Shown in pieces: positions 47,321-64,000 of a DNA stretch of 64,000 bases. The translations under genes were made by a program, and so were the position numbers. The stretch comes from the human T2T-CHM13v2.0 reference genome, Homo sapiens, in NCBI RefSeq assembly GCF_009914755.1, contig NC_060926.1. One strand, given 5' to 3'. Each line of letters begins with the position of its first letter. The first letter of the stretch is position 1. The notes under the pieces were generated by a model. That model was not told the DNA's origin, ran no database searches, and saw only the letters and a list, made by a program, of their open reading frames with translations.

Positions 47321-49364
47321 ATAGTGGTGATTCCTAATCCTTTGGCAGATGGATAGACATACTTCGGGTTTTGCCAGTCTCGCCACCTGTTATGAGCGTG
47401 GCTTGATATAAACTCCAGGTTAGAATCCTGGCTTGTTCATAAGGTGAGATTCTTAATCTTGTCAAGTCCTGGTTTCTCATTGGCAGAATAAACATAATTC
47501 CAGCAGAACAGATTCGCAGTGAAGACAGCTCCTGCACTGTCCATGGCACATGGATACCCTGGATAAAGGTTAGCTCTGCAAATGCACAGGGCTCTTCCCT
47601 TATTGCAGTCTCTTTAGGGTTTCATTAAAGATTCCATGTGTTCTTATCCAGGCTTTTGCTAAGGAGGTATCCTCTGTCACTTTCCACCTGGAGGTGGCCT
47701 GAGAGCTGGATGGGGAAGAAGACCAAAGCAAATGGCACAGAGGAGAGGCTGCCCGGCCACCCTTGGCTCTGTGGCACCCACTCGCTTCCCAACATGACTC
47801 CGACCTTGGGGATGATTCTGCATGACGAGTGGGGCAAGGAACAGTCACATTGGTAAACAGACGACTGAGCAGTGAAAGATGTTTCCAGCAAAGCATTCTG
47901 AATACAGTATTTATGGACTCAAGTTGTTCCTGGGATATTTATAGACGGGATGCAAATGTAAAGCATATGGTGTACTCTTCCAGAAATACTCTTCCAATTA
48001 GGCTGTGCATGGTGCTCAGCCACACTGCTCTTTCCTCTGAAGATGCTCTTCAGCACATTTGTAGCAAATGTTACTCTAAGTTGCAGAAAACGGGGTGAAC
48101 ACGTGTCTCTCAGGGCACTGTCTCTGATGAAAGGCTGTTTTCTTCTGATGAACACTTTTCTGCCCCAGCTCCAGGGTCCATTCAGGGGTGCTCTGTGGTG
48201 AAGCATGTGGTTGATTTTTTCCTTCTCTTCCTGTTGCTGGACATGTGGAGATCACTGTGGAGGCTGTGGCAGGAAACTCCAAGAACAGGTTTTAGAATGA
48301 TCTGGAAGAAGGGCCCTTTTGTCCCTTACCTTCAGTTTGTATGTGCTGTATTCTGGGGGGAGCCAGTACCAGGATATGCTTGGCACACTGCCTAAAGCTA
48401 CCCATGCCACTGGGAAAATTCATTCCTTGTTTAGAGCATGGCACTGGAAGCAGGTGTCCAGAACCAGCCACTGATAGAAGGCACATCACATCCTAGGACT
48501 GACCATCTCCTCAGAAGCCGTGCAGCGTAGTGTGTGGTCAGTGTGAGCAGCACAAGCGTGGACTCTGCCCTGAGCAGAGACAGGGTGTAAAGCCGCAAAC
48601 AATCTGCTGGTTGGTTACACACAGTGTAACGCAGTGGTGCAGGTCTCTCTTGTAGGTTTCTTTAGACCAGTTGATTTACTTGTCATTAAGAATACACGTG
48701 TATTTTCATTTTAAAAGGGTAATATTCAAAGCACTCAAGATTTGGGGGAAATGGAGGATTTGGAGGAAATGGGGGAATTAATATAATACAAGCCTTTTGG
48801 AAGGTAAGTTGCGTTAAGCATAGAGAAAAATTCATATTTTAGCATCAGCATTTTCATTTCTAGTCATCTTTCTAGATAAATAACTTAAACGTAGACATAG
48901 TTTCATGACAAGAGCATTATTGTCATTGCTGGCATATGTGTATGTGTGTGTGTAAGAAAAGACAATAAAATGCTTAGTATCAGAGAAATAATTCAGTAAT
49001 CTGTTATATAACCACAAAAAGGCAGTTACATAGCAGTTAAAATTAAGCTTATTTGAGATCACATACAAAGTGGTGTTATGTTAAACTATTGTTTTTAAAA
49101 TCAAGATGTAAAATTAAATATATAAGAGCACTACTACAAAGAAACTTTAAACGAATCTATGACTATAGGAAATAGATATTTAAATAACTTATTAATAGGC
49201 ACTTGGAAAAAATGTTCTAGCTCAAATGCATGAATGTTTTTTTCAAAAGTATTTTTCACCTATTAAGCTGACATAGGTTTAAAAAACAATAATGAAAAAA
49301 ATAGATGGTACTGGTGAGATGTGAGACAAGTGGTTATTGTCATTGATGTTTATTTTATTCTATT

Positions 49365-50402
<1,038 letters not shown>

Positions 50403-50719
50403 CAGACAAAACAATTTAACTCTGTTACAAATATATGAAACTACTTCACTGTTTTGCTTTAGATTATCTGTAATACATAAAGTTTTCACTTTCAGAGCTT
50501 AACTGTTATCTTTATACACATTATATCTGAAAAATTTCAAACATATTAAGACAGATTAGTTCATTGATATACTGTAAACAGAGCAATTTTGCTTAAGAGT
50601 AAAAAAATTGTCCTATATGTGAATGGGCCAAAAATTGAACAGATAGCCTTTGTATGTATGTCTCATTAAAAAAAACTTCCAGCTTTTTTGAGATATAATT
50701 TGCATACTGATATAACCGG

Positions 50720-53328
50720 AGGAAAACTGGAAAATTTATAAATACTGGAAATTAAACAATATACTCCTGAACAACTAAAGGGTCAAAGAAGAAATCAAAA
50801 GGTAAATTGAAAAATACCTTGAGACAAAGCAGAAAGAAAGAAATAATAAAGATTAGAGCAGAAATAAATTAAAAATAGACCAAAAAGGCAATGAAAAAGA
50901 TCAATAAAACTAAAAGTTGATAATTTGAAAGGATAAATAAAATTTACAAGTGTGTAGCTAGACTAATAAATAAAAAGAAAGAATAGATTCAAATAAATAA
51001 AATTGTAAATGAAAGAAGAGACATTACAACTGATACCACAGAAATTGTAGGCTCATGAGAATACTATGAACAATTATGTGCCAACAAATTAGATAGCCTA
51101 GAAAAAGTTCCCAGAAACATACAATCTACCAAGACTGAATCATGAAAATATAAAAATCCAAACAAATAGAAAAACCTCCCAGCAAAGAAAATCCCAGGAT
51201 GAGATAGCTTCATGTGTGAATTCTACACACATTTAAAGAAGAATTCATGCCAATCATTTTCAAAGTCTTGCACAAAATTGAAGAGCAGAGAACACTTACA
51301 AACTCATTTTATGAGGTCAGCATTATCTTCATACCAAAGCCAGAAAAGGATGCTACAAGAAAAGAAATTGCAAGACAATATCCCTGGTGATCCTAGATAC
51401 AAAAATTCTTAACAAAGTATTAGTAACCCAAATTCAACAGCACATTAAAAAGATCATACACAATGATCAAGCAGGATTTATCTCTAGGTTGTTAGGGTGA
51501 TTTAACTTATGCAAATCAATAAACACCATATGCCACATTAACGGAATGAGGAATAAAAATTTGTGCATATGGTATGATCATTTCAATAGATGCAGAAAAA
51601 TCATTTGAGAAAATTTAACATTCTTTTATAATAAAAACTCTCAACAAATTAGCTATAGAAGGAATACTCCTCAATGTAATAAAGGCCATATATAACAAGC
51701 TTACAGCTAACATCACACTTAACCATAAAAAGGTGAAAACTATTTCTCTAAGATCAGGAACAAGACAAGGATGCCCACTCTGACCACTTCCATTCAACAC
51801 AGTACTGGAAGTCTTAGCCAGAGCAATCAGGAAAGAAAATGAAACAGAATGCCTCCAAACTGGAAAGGAAGAAGTAAAATTTTTCTGTTTGTGGAAAATG
51901 TGATCTTATATACAGAACACCATTAGAATCTACCAAATAAGTGTCTAAAATAATAAATGCATTCAGTGAAGGTGTGAGATGCAAAATCAACATACAAAAA
52001 TCAGTTGCATTTTCATATACTAATTAGCAAATTATCTGAAAAATAAATTAAGAAAACAATCCCATTTACAATTGCATCAAAATAATAAAATACTTTGAAA
52101 TAAATTTAACCAAGGAAGTGAACAAATCTATATATTAAAATTATAAGACATTGATGAAGAGGTTGAAGAAGACATAAATAAATGGAAAGATATCCTGCGT
52201 TCATGCATTGGAAGAAACAGTGTTCTTAAAGTGTTCATACTTTCCAAAGTTATCTACAGATTCAGTGGAATCCCTATCAAAATTTCAATGTCATTTCTTA
52301 CAGAAATAGAAAAAAAATCCTAAAATTTGTATGGAGCCTATAGAAGACCCCAAATAAGCCAAAGCAATCTTGAGTAAGAAGAACAAAGTTGAAAGCATCA
52401 CTTTTTCCAATTTCGAACAACATTACAAAGCTGTAGTAATGAAAACAGTACAGTATGATATTGGCATAAAAACAGATATGTAGACATATGAAATATAATA
52501 GAGAGCCCAGAAATAAAGCCACACATATACAGTCATCTAATCTTTGACAAGAGCATCAAGAGTACACAATGGGGAAAGTACACTGTCTTCAGTGGTGCTG
52601 AGAAAACTGGATATCCACATGCAAAAGAATAAAATCAAACCCTTATCCTACACAATACAGATAAGTTAACTCAGAATGGATTAAAGACTCAAAAGTAAAA
52701 CCTGAAACCATAAAATTGCTAGAAGAAAACATAAGGAAAGGGCTGTTTGACGTTGATCTTGGCTATGATTTTTAAAAATGACTCCAAAGCACAGGCAACA
52801 AAAACAAAAATAAATAAGTGGTGCTACATCAACTAAACAGCTTCTGCACAGCAAAGGAAACATTAAAAAAATGTAAAGGCAACCTACGGAATGGGGGAAA
52901 ATATTTGTAAATCATATATCTGATGAGGGGTTAATATCCAAAATATTTAAGGAACTCATACAAATCAGTAGCAAACAAAAAACCTCTCCAAACAGGCAAA
53001 GGACTTGAAGAGACATTTTTCAAAGACGTACAAATGGCCAAAAGGTATATGTAAAAGTGTTCAATATTACTATCATCAGGGAAATGCAAATCAAAACCAT
53101 AATTAGATATTTCCCCACATCTGTTAGGATGGCTATTATCAAAAAATAAGAGGTAGCAACTGTTGATGTGAGTGTGGAGGAAAGAGAATCTTTGTACGTT
53201 GTTGGTGCAAGTGTAAATTTGGTATTGCCATTATAGAAAACATTATACAGGTTCCTGAAAAAATTAAAAATTGAACTACCATAAAATCCAGCTATCCCAC
53301 TTCTCAGCATATATCCAAAGGAAATGAA
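50720..53328 (+). mobile_element. L1 ORF2 segment (L1MA9/MB1-like), truncated at both ends
   Basis: Continuous sense ORF2-like sequence (AAGATCAGGAACAAGACAAGGATGCCCACTC etc.) ending at ATCCAAAGGAAATGAA. Confidence 0.85.
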
Positions 53329-56300
53329 ATATATGCAAGAGTGGAATTTCTGGGTAATATTGTAATTCTATATTTAACGCTTTTGGAAGCTTCCAAGCTG
53401 TTTTTCAAAGTGGCTTCACCATTTTACATTCTCATCAGCATGCGTGAAAATTCCAGTTTCCTGATATCCCTGTTGATAATTGTTACTCTGTTTTTTTTTT
53501 TTAATTAAAGCCTTTCTAGTGGGAGTGAAGTGTAATTTTGATTTTATTTCCCTGATGGCTAATAATGCTGAGCATGTTTTTATGTGCTTACTCACCATTT
53601 GCATATCTTCTTTGAAGAAATGTCTATTCAGATCTTTTTCCTAGATTTTTGATTGGGTTATTTGTGTTATACTATTGAGTAATAAGGGTCCTTTATCTAT
53701 TCTAGATACAAGCTCCTCATCAGATACATGATTTGCAAAAATGTTTTCCTATTATGTAGTTGTCCTTTCACTTCATTCATGGTGTCCTTTGAAGCATCAA
53801 AGTTTTAAATTTTGATGAAGTTCAATTTATCTATTTTTTCTTTCTTTACTTGTGCTTCTGGTGTCATATCTAAGAAGGCTTTTCCTAACCAAAGCTTGTG
53901 AAGGTTTACTACTATATTTTTCCCAGATGTTTTTATAATTTTAGCTCTTAGTTTTAAGTCTGTGATCCAGTTGACTTAGTTTTACTGTATGCTGTGAAAA
54001 ATAACACTAAATTCATTCTTTTGCATGTCGATATCCAGCTGACCCAGCACCATTATTTGAAAAGTTTATTCTTTTTCTTATTAAGTTTTCTTGGCAACAT
54101 TGTAAAAAATTACTTGATTGTAAATGTAAAGGCTTATTTCTGGACTTTGAATTCTATTCCATTTATCTGTATTTCTATCCTTATGCCAATATCATACTGT
54201 CTTCATTAGCTTTATAGTAAGTTTTGAAATAATAAAATGGGAGTCTACAACTTTCTTTTTTCTCCAAAGATTGTTCTGAAAATTCTGGCTTTCTGGAATT
54301 TCTTTATGAATTTTGGGATCAGATTGTCAATTCTGCAAAAAACCTAACTTGTTGCGTTGAATTTAGATCAATTTGGGAAGTATTGACATCTTAACAGTAT
54401 TAGGTCTTCTGATTCATGAATGTGGGAAATCTTTCAATTTATTTAGGTCTTCTTTAATCTCTTTCAACAATGTTTCATAGTTTTGTGTTCACTCATTAAA
54501 TTTATTCCTTAGTATTTTTGTCACTTTGATGCTATTATAAAGGGAATGCAATCTTAATTTCATTTTTGAATTGTTCATTGCTAGTACATAGGATTACAAA
54601 TGATTTTTGTATACTGATCTTGTACCCTGCAACATTTGCCAAAATAGTTTTATGGTTTTATGGTTCTGTAGATCTGGAGAGAGGGTTCCTTAGGATTGTC
54701 TGTATTCAAGGATATGTCATCCAAAACCATAAATAGTTTCACTTCTGCCTTTATAATATGGATGACTTTTCTTTTTTTCTTGTTTCTTTTTTTTTGGCTA
54801 ATTGCCTTGCTAGGACTTCAGTACAATCTTGAATAGAAGTGGTGACAGCAGACATCTTTGTCTTGTTTCTGTCTTGCAGGAAAAATATTTAGTCTTTTAC
54901 CATTAAGCGTGATGTTAGCTTTGGAGTTTTAAAACTAATACCCATTATCAGATTGAGGAAGTTTTCTTCTATTCCTAGGTGGTAAGTGGTTTTATCATGA
55001 AAGGATATGGGATTTTTGCCAAATTCTTTTTTTCTTCATCTATGCAGATGATCAGATGATCATGAGTTTTTTGTCCTTTAGTCTATTGATACTGTGTATT
55101 ACATTAACTAATTTTCACATGTTAAAACAACCTTACCTTCCTAGGATAAATTCCACTTAGTAGTGGTGTATATTTTTAAAATATGTCTGGATTTAGGTTC
55201 CCAGTTTTGGTTAAGGATTCTTGTATCTAAATTCAAAAAAGAAATTGGTCTGTTATTTTCTTTCCTTGTGATGACTTTATATAGTTGGGGTACTATGGCA
55301 ATACTATCTCATACAGTGAGTTGGAAAACATTCCTTTCTTTTTATTTTTTGGGAAATACTTTGTAAATAGTTGGTATTAATCTTTCTTTAAATGTTTGGT
55401 AGAATTCCCCAATAAAGCCTTGTAGGCTCAGGTTTTCCTTTGTGGAAATTTTTTAAATAACTAATTTGATATCTTTATTGTATATCTATTCAGAACTTCT
55501 ATTTTTTCTTTTTAGCTTCAGTAGTTTGTGTATTCTAGGGACTTGTTCATTTCATCTAAGTTATATGATTTGTTGGCATACCGTTGTTCACAATATTCCC
55601 TTACAGTCCTTTTTATTTCTGTAAGGTCAATAGTAATGCTGCCACTTTAATTGACTTTTGCAATTTGAACCTTCTCTTTTTTCTTTTGATCAGTCTAGCT
55701 AAATATTCATCAATTTTGTTGATTTTTTCAAAGAATAAACTTTTGATTTTGCTGATTTTCCCTGTTGTTTTTTATTCTCTATTTCAATATTTTCTATTAT
55801 AATCTTTAGGTTTCTTTCCTCCTTCTAGGTTTAGGTTTAGACTGCCTTTCATTTTCAGATATCTTAAAGGGTAAGGTTTGGTTGTTGATTCGAAGATCTT
55901 TGTTTTTAATTGGGACATTTACACTTGCAACTTTCCATCTGAGCACTGCGTTAGCTTCATCTTGAATATTTTTGGTAAATTATGTCTTCATTTTCCTTTA
56001 TATCAAAGCATTTTCTAACTTCCTTTATGATTGCTTTTTTGACACACTGGTAATTTAGGAGTATGCTGTTTAATTTCTACATATTTGTAAATTTCCCAAA
56101 TTTCTTTCTGTTTTTGATTTGAAATTTCATTTCATTGTAGTGGGTGAGAATAATTTATATGATTTCAATTCTTATAAATTGATTGAGGCTTGTATTCTAA
56201 CCTAGCACTTGGTCTGTCCTGAAGAATGTTTCATTCTGAAAGTAATGTTTGTTTATTTATTGTTGGGTGGAGTATTATATAGATATCTGTTAATTGGTTC

Positions 56301-56510
56301 ATAGTGTTGTTCATTTATTCTGTTTCTTAATCTGCCTAGTTGTTCTATTTATTATCAAAAGTTTGGTACGGGATTCTCCAACTGCTATTGTAACTTGTCA
56401 ATATTGTATGTAATTCTGTGAGTTTTTGCTTTGTGTATTTTGGGGTTTTGTTGGTAGGTATACATATGTTTGTAATTATTATGTATGTGTGTGTATGTGT
56501 GTGTATTTAG

Positions 56511-57530
<1,020 letters not shown>

Positions 57531-58623
57531 TATATATACCCAGTTTGAAAATCTTTGCCTTTTGATTGAACTGTTTAATTTATTCTCATTTAATATTATT
57601 ATTAACATAGATTTATATCTATCTTTTTTTCTATATGTCTCGTGTTTTGGTTTCCCTATTTCTCCTTTACTACTGTCTTTGGTATTAAGTGAAAATATTT
57701 GAGTATAGTATTTTCATTTCTTTAATGACTTTTTAATGATGTAGTTGGTTTTAGGGCTAACCATACACATTTTAACTTATCAGAATCCACTTCGGATTTA
57801 TACTAACATACTCAATTATGATATAAAAATGTTACTCCTATATAAATCTAGCCTCTCTTCTTCCCTTTTGTTATATTATTATTATATATTACATTAATAC
57901 ATGTTAGGAACCCAAAAAACCTGTTTATAATTTTAAATAATCTTATCTTTTGAAAAAAGCTGAGGAAAGTAGGAGAGAGAGCATTAACTTGCAGAGTTTT
58001 TTTGTATTAACCCACTTAGCTACCATTTTTTGTTCTTTTCATTTATTTCTGTGGATTTGAGTGACATATAGTGTCATTTCTTTACTTCAGTACAGCCCTG
58101 CTCACTTCCTTTGTGCTGTTGTTTTCAAACATAATTACAGTTCTACATGTTATAGGCTCAACAATCCAATTATACACAATATTTATACAATAGTATTTTG
58201 AATTATTTAGGAGAAGAACTATGCATTTCTACTGCATTTTATAATTACAAAATTTAACAGTGCTTTTTTTTGTGGGTGTGCATTTGAATTACCATCTGGG
58301 GTCACTTGCTTTCAATCTGAAAACCTTCCTTTAGTATTTTTTGTCAAGAGAGTCTGCAAGCAACTAATTCTCTCTAATTTTATCTGGGAATGTCTTTATT
58401 TCAACTTCAATTTTGAGGAAGAGTTTTATCAGACATATGATTCTTGCTTGACAGTTTTTCTTGTTTTCCTTCATTATATCAGATGTTATTTGACTTTCTT
58501 TTGGCCTCTGTTGTTTCTGATGATAAATCAGTTATTAATCTTATTGTGGTTTCCTTGTTAACTGATGAGTAATTTTTCTGTTGCTACTTTGTCTTTCAAC
58601 ATTTTGACTACGGTGTGCCTGGG

Positions 58624-61340
<2,717 letters not shown>

Positions 61341-62526
61341 TATCTTTTTTTTTTTTTTTTTGCATTTATTCTACTTGGAGTTCTTTGAACTTCTTTGATG
61401 AGTAGATTAATGTTTTCCTTCAAGTTTAGGAAATTTTCAATTTCAATTGTTATTACTTAAAATATTTTTTTCTGTTTATTTCTATCTTTCTTCTTCCTCT
61501 GTTTCCTCCATAATGTGTATGTATGTTTTGTGTGCTTAATGTTCACCCACATTTCTTCAAGGTTCTATTTATTTTTCACCATTTTTTTCATGTTTTTGGG
61601 ATTACATAATTTTAATTGATTTATCTTTAAGTTCACTAATTTTTTTATTCTTTCTATTAAACTATAGTGTTGAGCCCCTGTAATGAAATTTTTATGTCTT
61701 TTACTGTACTTGATGATGGTGAATTTAACAAGGCTCTCTTTCTCTTATCTCTCTTTTCAGTTGCCTGTCTCTGTTGATATTACACCCACCTATTAAACTC
61801 TACTAATTGCTGACGGCCTTATTGTTTTCAACAATAGCCTTCCCATAAGTTGCTTCACATTAATTTAAAATTAACTGTGGGTCCCTCTGTAGGGAGAGTT
61901 TCTGAGTCAGTCTGGAAATTTTATTCTGACCCTAGGAGGGCTATTCTTAGCTGTCTCTTTTCTGGTTCTTTCGGGTAAACTAGCTGATCTATGGGTTAGC
62001 TTGTTGCTTTCATGGAGCTAACTTACTTCTCTTAGTTGCTTATCATCAAAATCTCCACTGTTTTAGAGCGTTCACTTAGTCTTAAGCTTTCTCATACTGT
62101 AAATAAAGTCAATTCCTTTGAAGGGAATCTTTAGAGCTCCCTGTTCTTATAGCCTGTTTCTCCCCTGGGTAAAACCTCTATGCCACTATTTCAGAGCTGG
62201 GGGAAATAGCGGCTCACTTCTCTTAGAATGTCACCTCTCATTTACATTCAGTGTGTTGGGTAGCAGCGGCAGCTTCTGGTTTTCTTGGTTTGCATCTCCT
62301 GTAGGGCATGGAACCTCTACCATACAAGTGAATTGGCATTAGGACAATTGGGGCCCTACTATTGTTGTCCTACTTCATTGAGATAGAGCCTCTACAAGTT
62401 GGGGCTGGGTAGGGGAAGTGAACCCCTGATCTACATTTGCCTGGGATTTGGGTTCTGCAACACAGAGCTGGTGCGGAGAGAAGTGCTGCTGGCCTGCCCC
62501 TTTCAGAGAGATACTGTCATCCTGAA

Positions 62527-62867
62527 TGTATTAGTCGCTTCTCATACTACTATGCAGAACTGCCCGAGACGGGGTAATTTATAAAGAAAAGAGGTTTAAT
62601 TGACTCACAGTTCCACATGGCTGGGGAGGCCTCAGGAAACTTACAATTATGGCAGAAGGTGTAGCAGGCACGTCTACGGCAGCAGGCGAGAGAGCCAATG
62701 AAGGAAACCAAGGGGAAAGAGCCCCTTATAAAACCATCAGATCTCATGAGAACTCACTAACAATTGTGAGAACATCATGGGGGAAATTGCCAATCATCTC
62801 CCACCAGGTATCTCCCTCAACAATTCAAGATGAGATTTGGGTGGAGACACAAAGCCTAACGATATAA
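62527..62867 (-). mobile_element. THE1 (C/D-like) solo LTR
   Basis: TGTATTAGTC start; 5-bp TSD CTGAA at 62522-26 and 62868-72. Confidence 0.88.
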
Positions 62868-63109
62868 CTGAAGTAATAGCTAGGGGAAAAGGAACCCTGT
62901 GTTCTTCACAATGCTTACCCAGGGTGGAGCTTCTGTCATGCTGGGCTGGTTGAGAAAGAGGAAGGGGGCAGGCTGTGGCTCAACTGCCACAGACTCTTGC
63001 TGTTCTTACCAAGATTTAGTCAATTTTATTGAATAAATATCTTTTCATTTTCTGTATGTGCTCAGAACAATTACCAGTGGCTTCAATTTTTAAAAAAAGA
63101 TTATATATA

Positions 63110-63150
63110 TGTGTGTGTGTGTGTGTGTGCGTGTGTGTGTGTATGTGTGT
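63110..63150 (+). repeat. (TG)n microsatellite
   Basis: Visible interrupted TG run. Confidence 0.95.
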
Positions 63151-63419
63151 TTTGGATGTAGCTTTACAATATATATCAGAAGTCTCCATGTTTTTTGACC
63201 CAGTAGTTATATATCTAGGAACTTATACTAAGGATATTAAAATACAAAAGTTTATGAATAATATTATAATTATTTTTAATAGAGAAAAATAAAACAACCT
63301 AAAGATAGCAATAGTAGAGTGGACAAATAAATTATTACGCATTTATAGAAGCTAAGAATCTTACTCCCCAAGCTCTTTGATACAGAAGAGATGTCATAAT
63401 TCTTCCCCCTTCCCGTTGT

Positions 63420-64000
<581 letters not shown>

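Overview
Primate genomic DNA, very probably human: it carries an Alu with all five AluYa5 diagnostic positions. Most of the window is interspersed repeats. I recognise no protein-coding gene, RNA gene or processed pseudogene. The supplied ORFs I can explain are translated Alu, L1, LTR or low-complexity sequence, and the rest resemble nothing I recognise. Layout: (i) three long, decayed L1 elements (about 1-8340 minus, 22020-32110 plus, 53329-63060 minus) plus shorter L1 pieces; (ii) 27 Alu/FLAM copies, many with readable target-site duplications (TSDs); (iii) a complete Tigger3b-type DNA transposon; (iv) ten LTR elements: MSTA, LTR12C inside an AluY, LTR10C, LTR15, LTR47, a MER76/77-like LTR, LTR12F-like, MER21, a two-LTR MST provirus and THE1; (v) two more GC-rich, mostly unique blocks (about 10.5-22 kb and 33.4-48.7 kb) with MIR/L2 remnants. 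The best leads are a tail-to-tail junction of two different L1s cut at the homologous position (about 5.4 kb quasi-palindrome), a promoter-like cluster with a tandemly duplicated NRF1 palindrome at 42.2-42.6 kb, an LTR12C promoter pointing into an inverted Alu pair, and a young AluYa5. I see no evidence of a new biological system. Subfamily names come from recalled consensus sequences, and boundaries of old elements are approximate.
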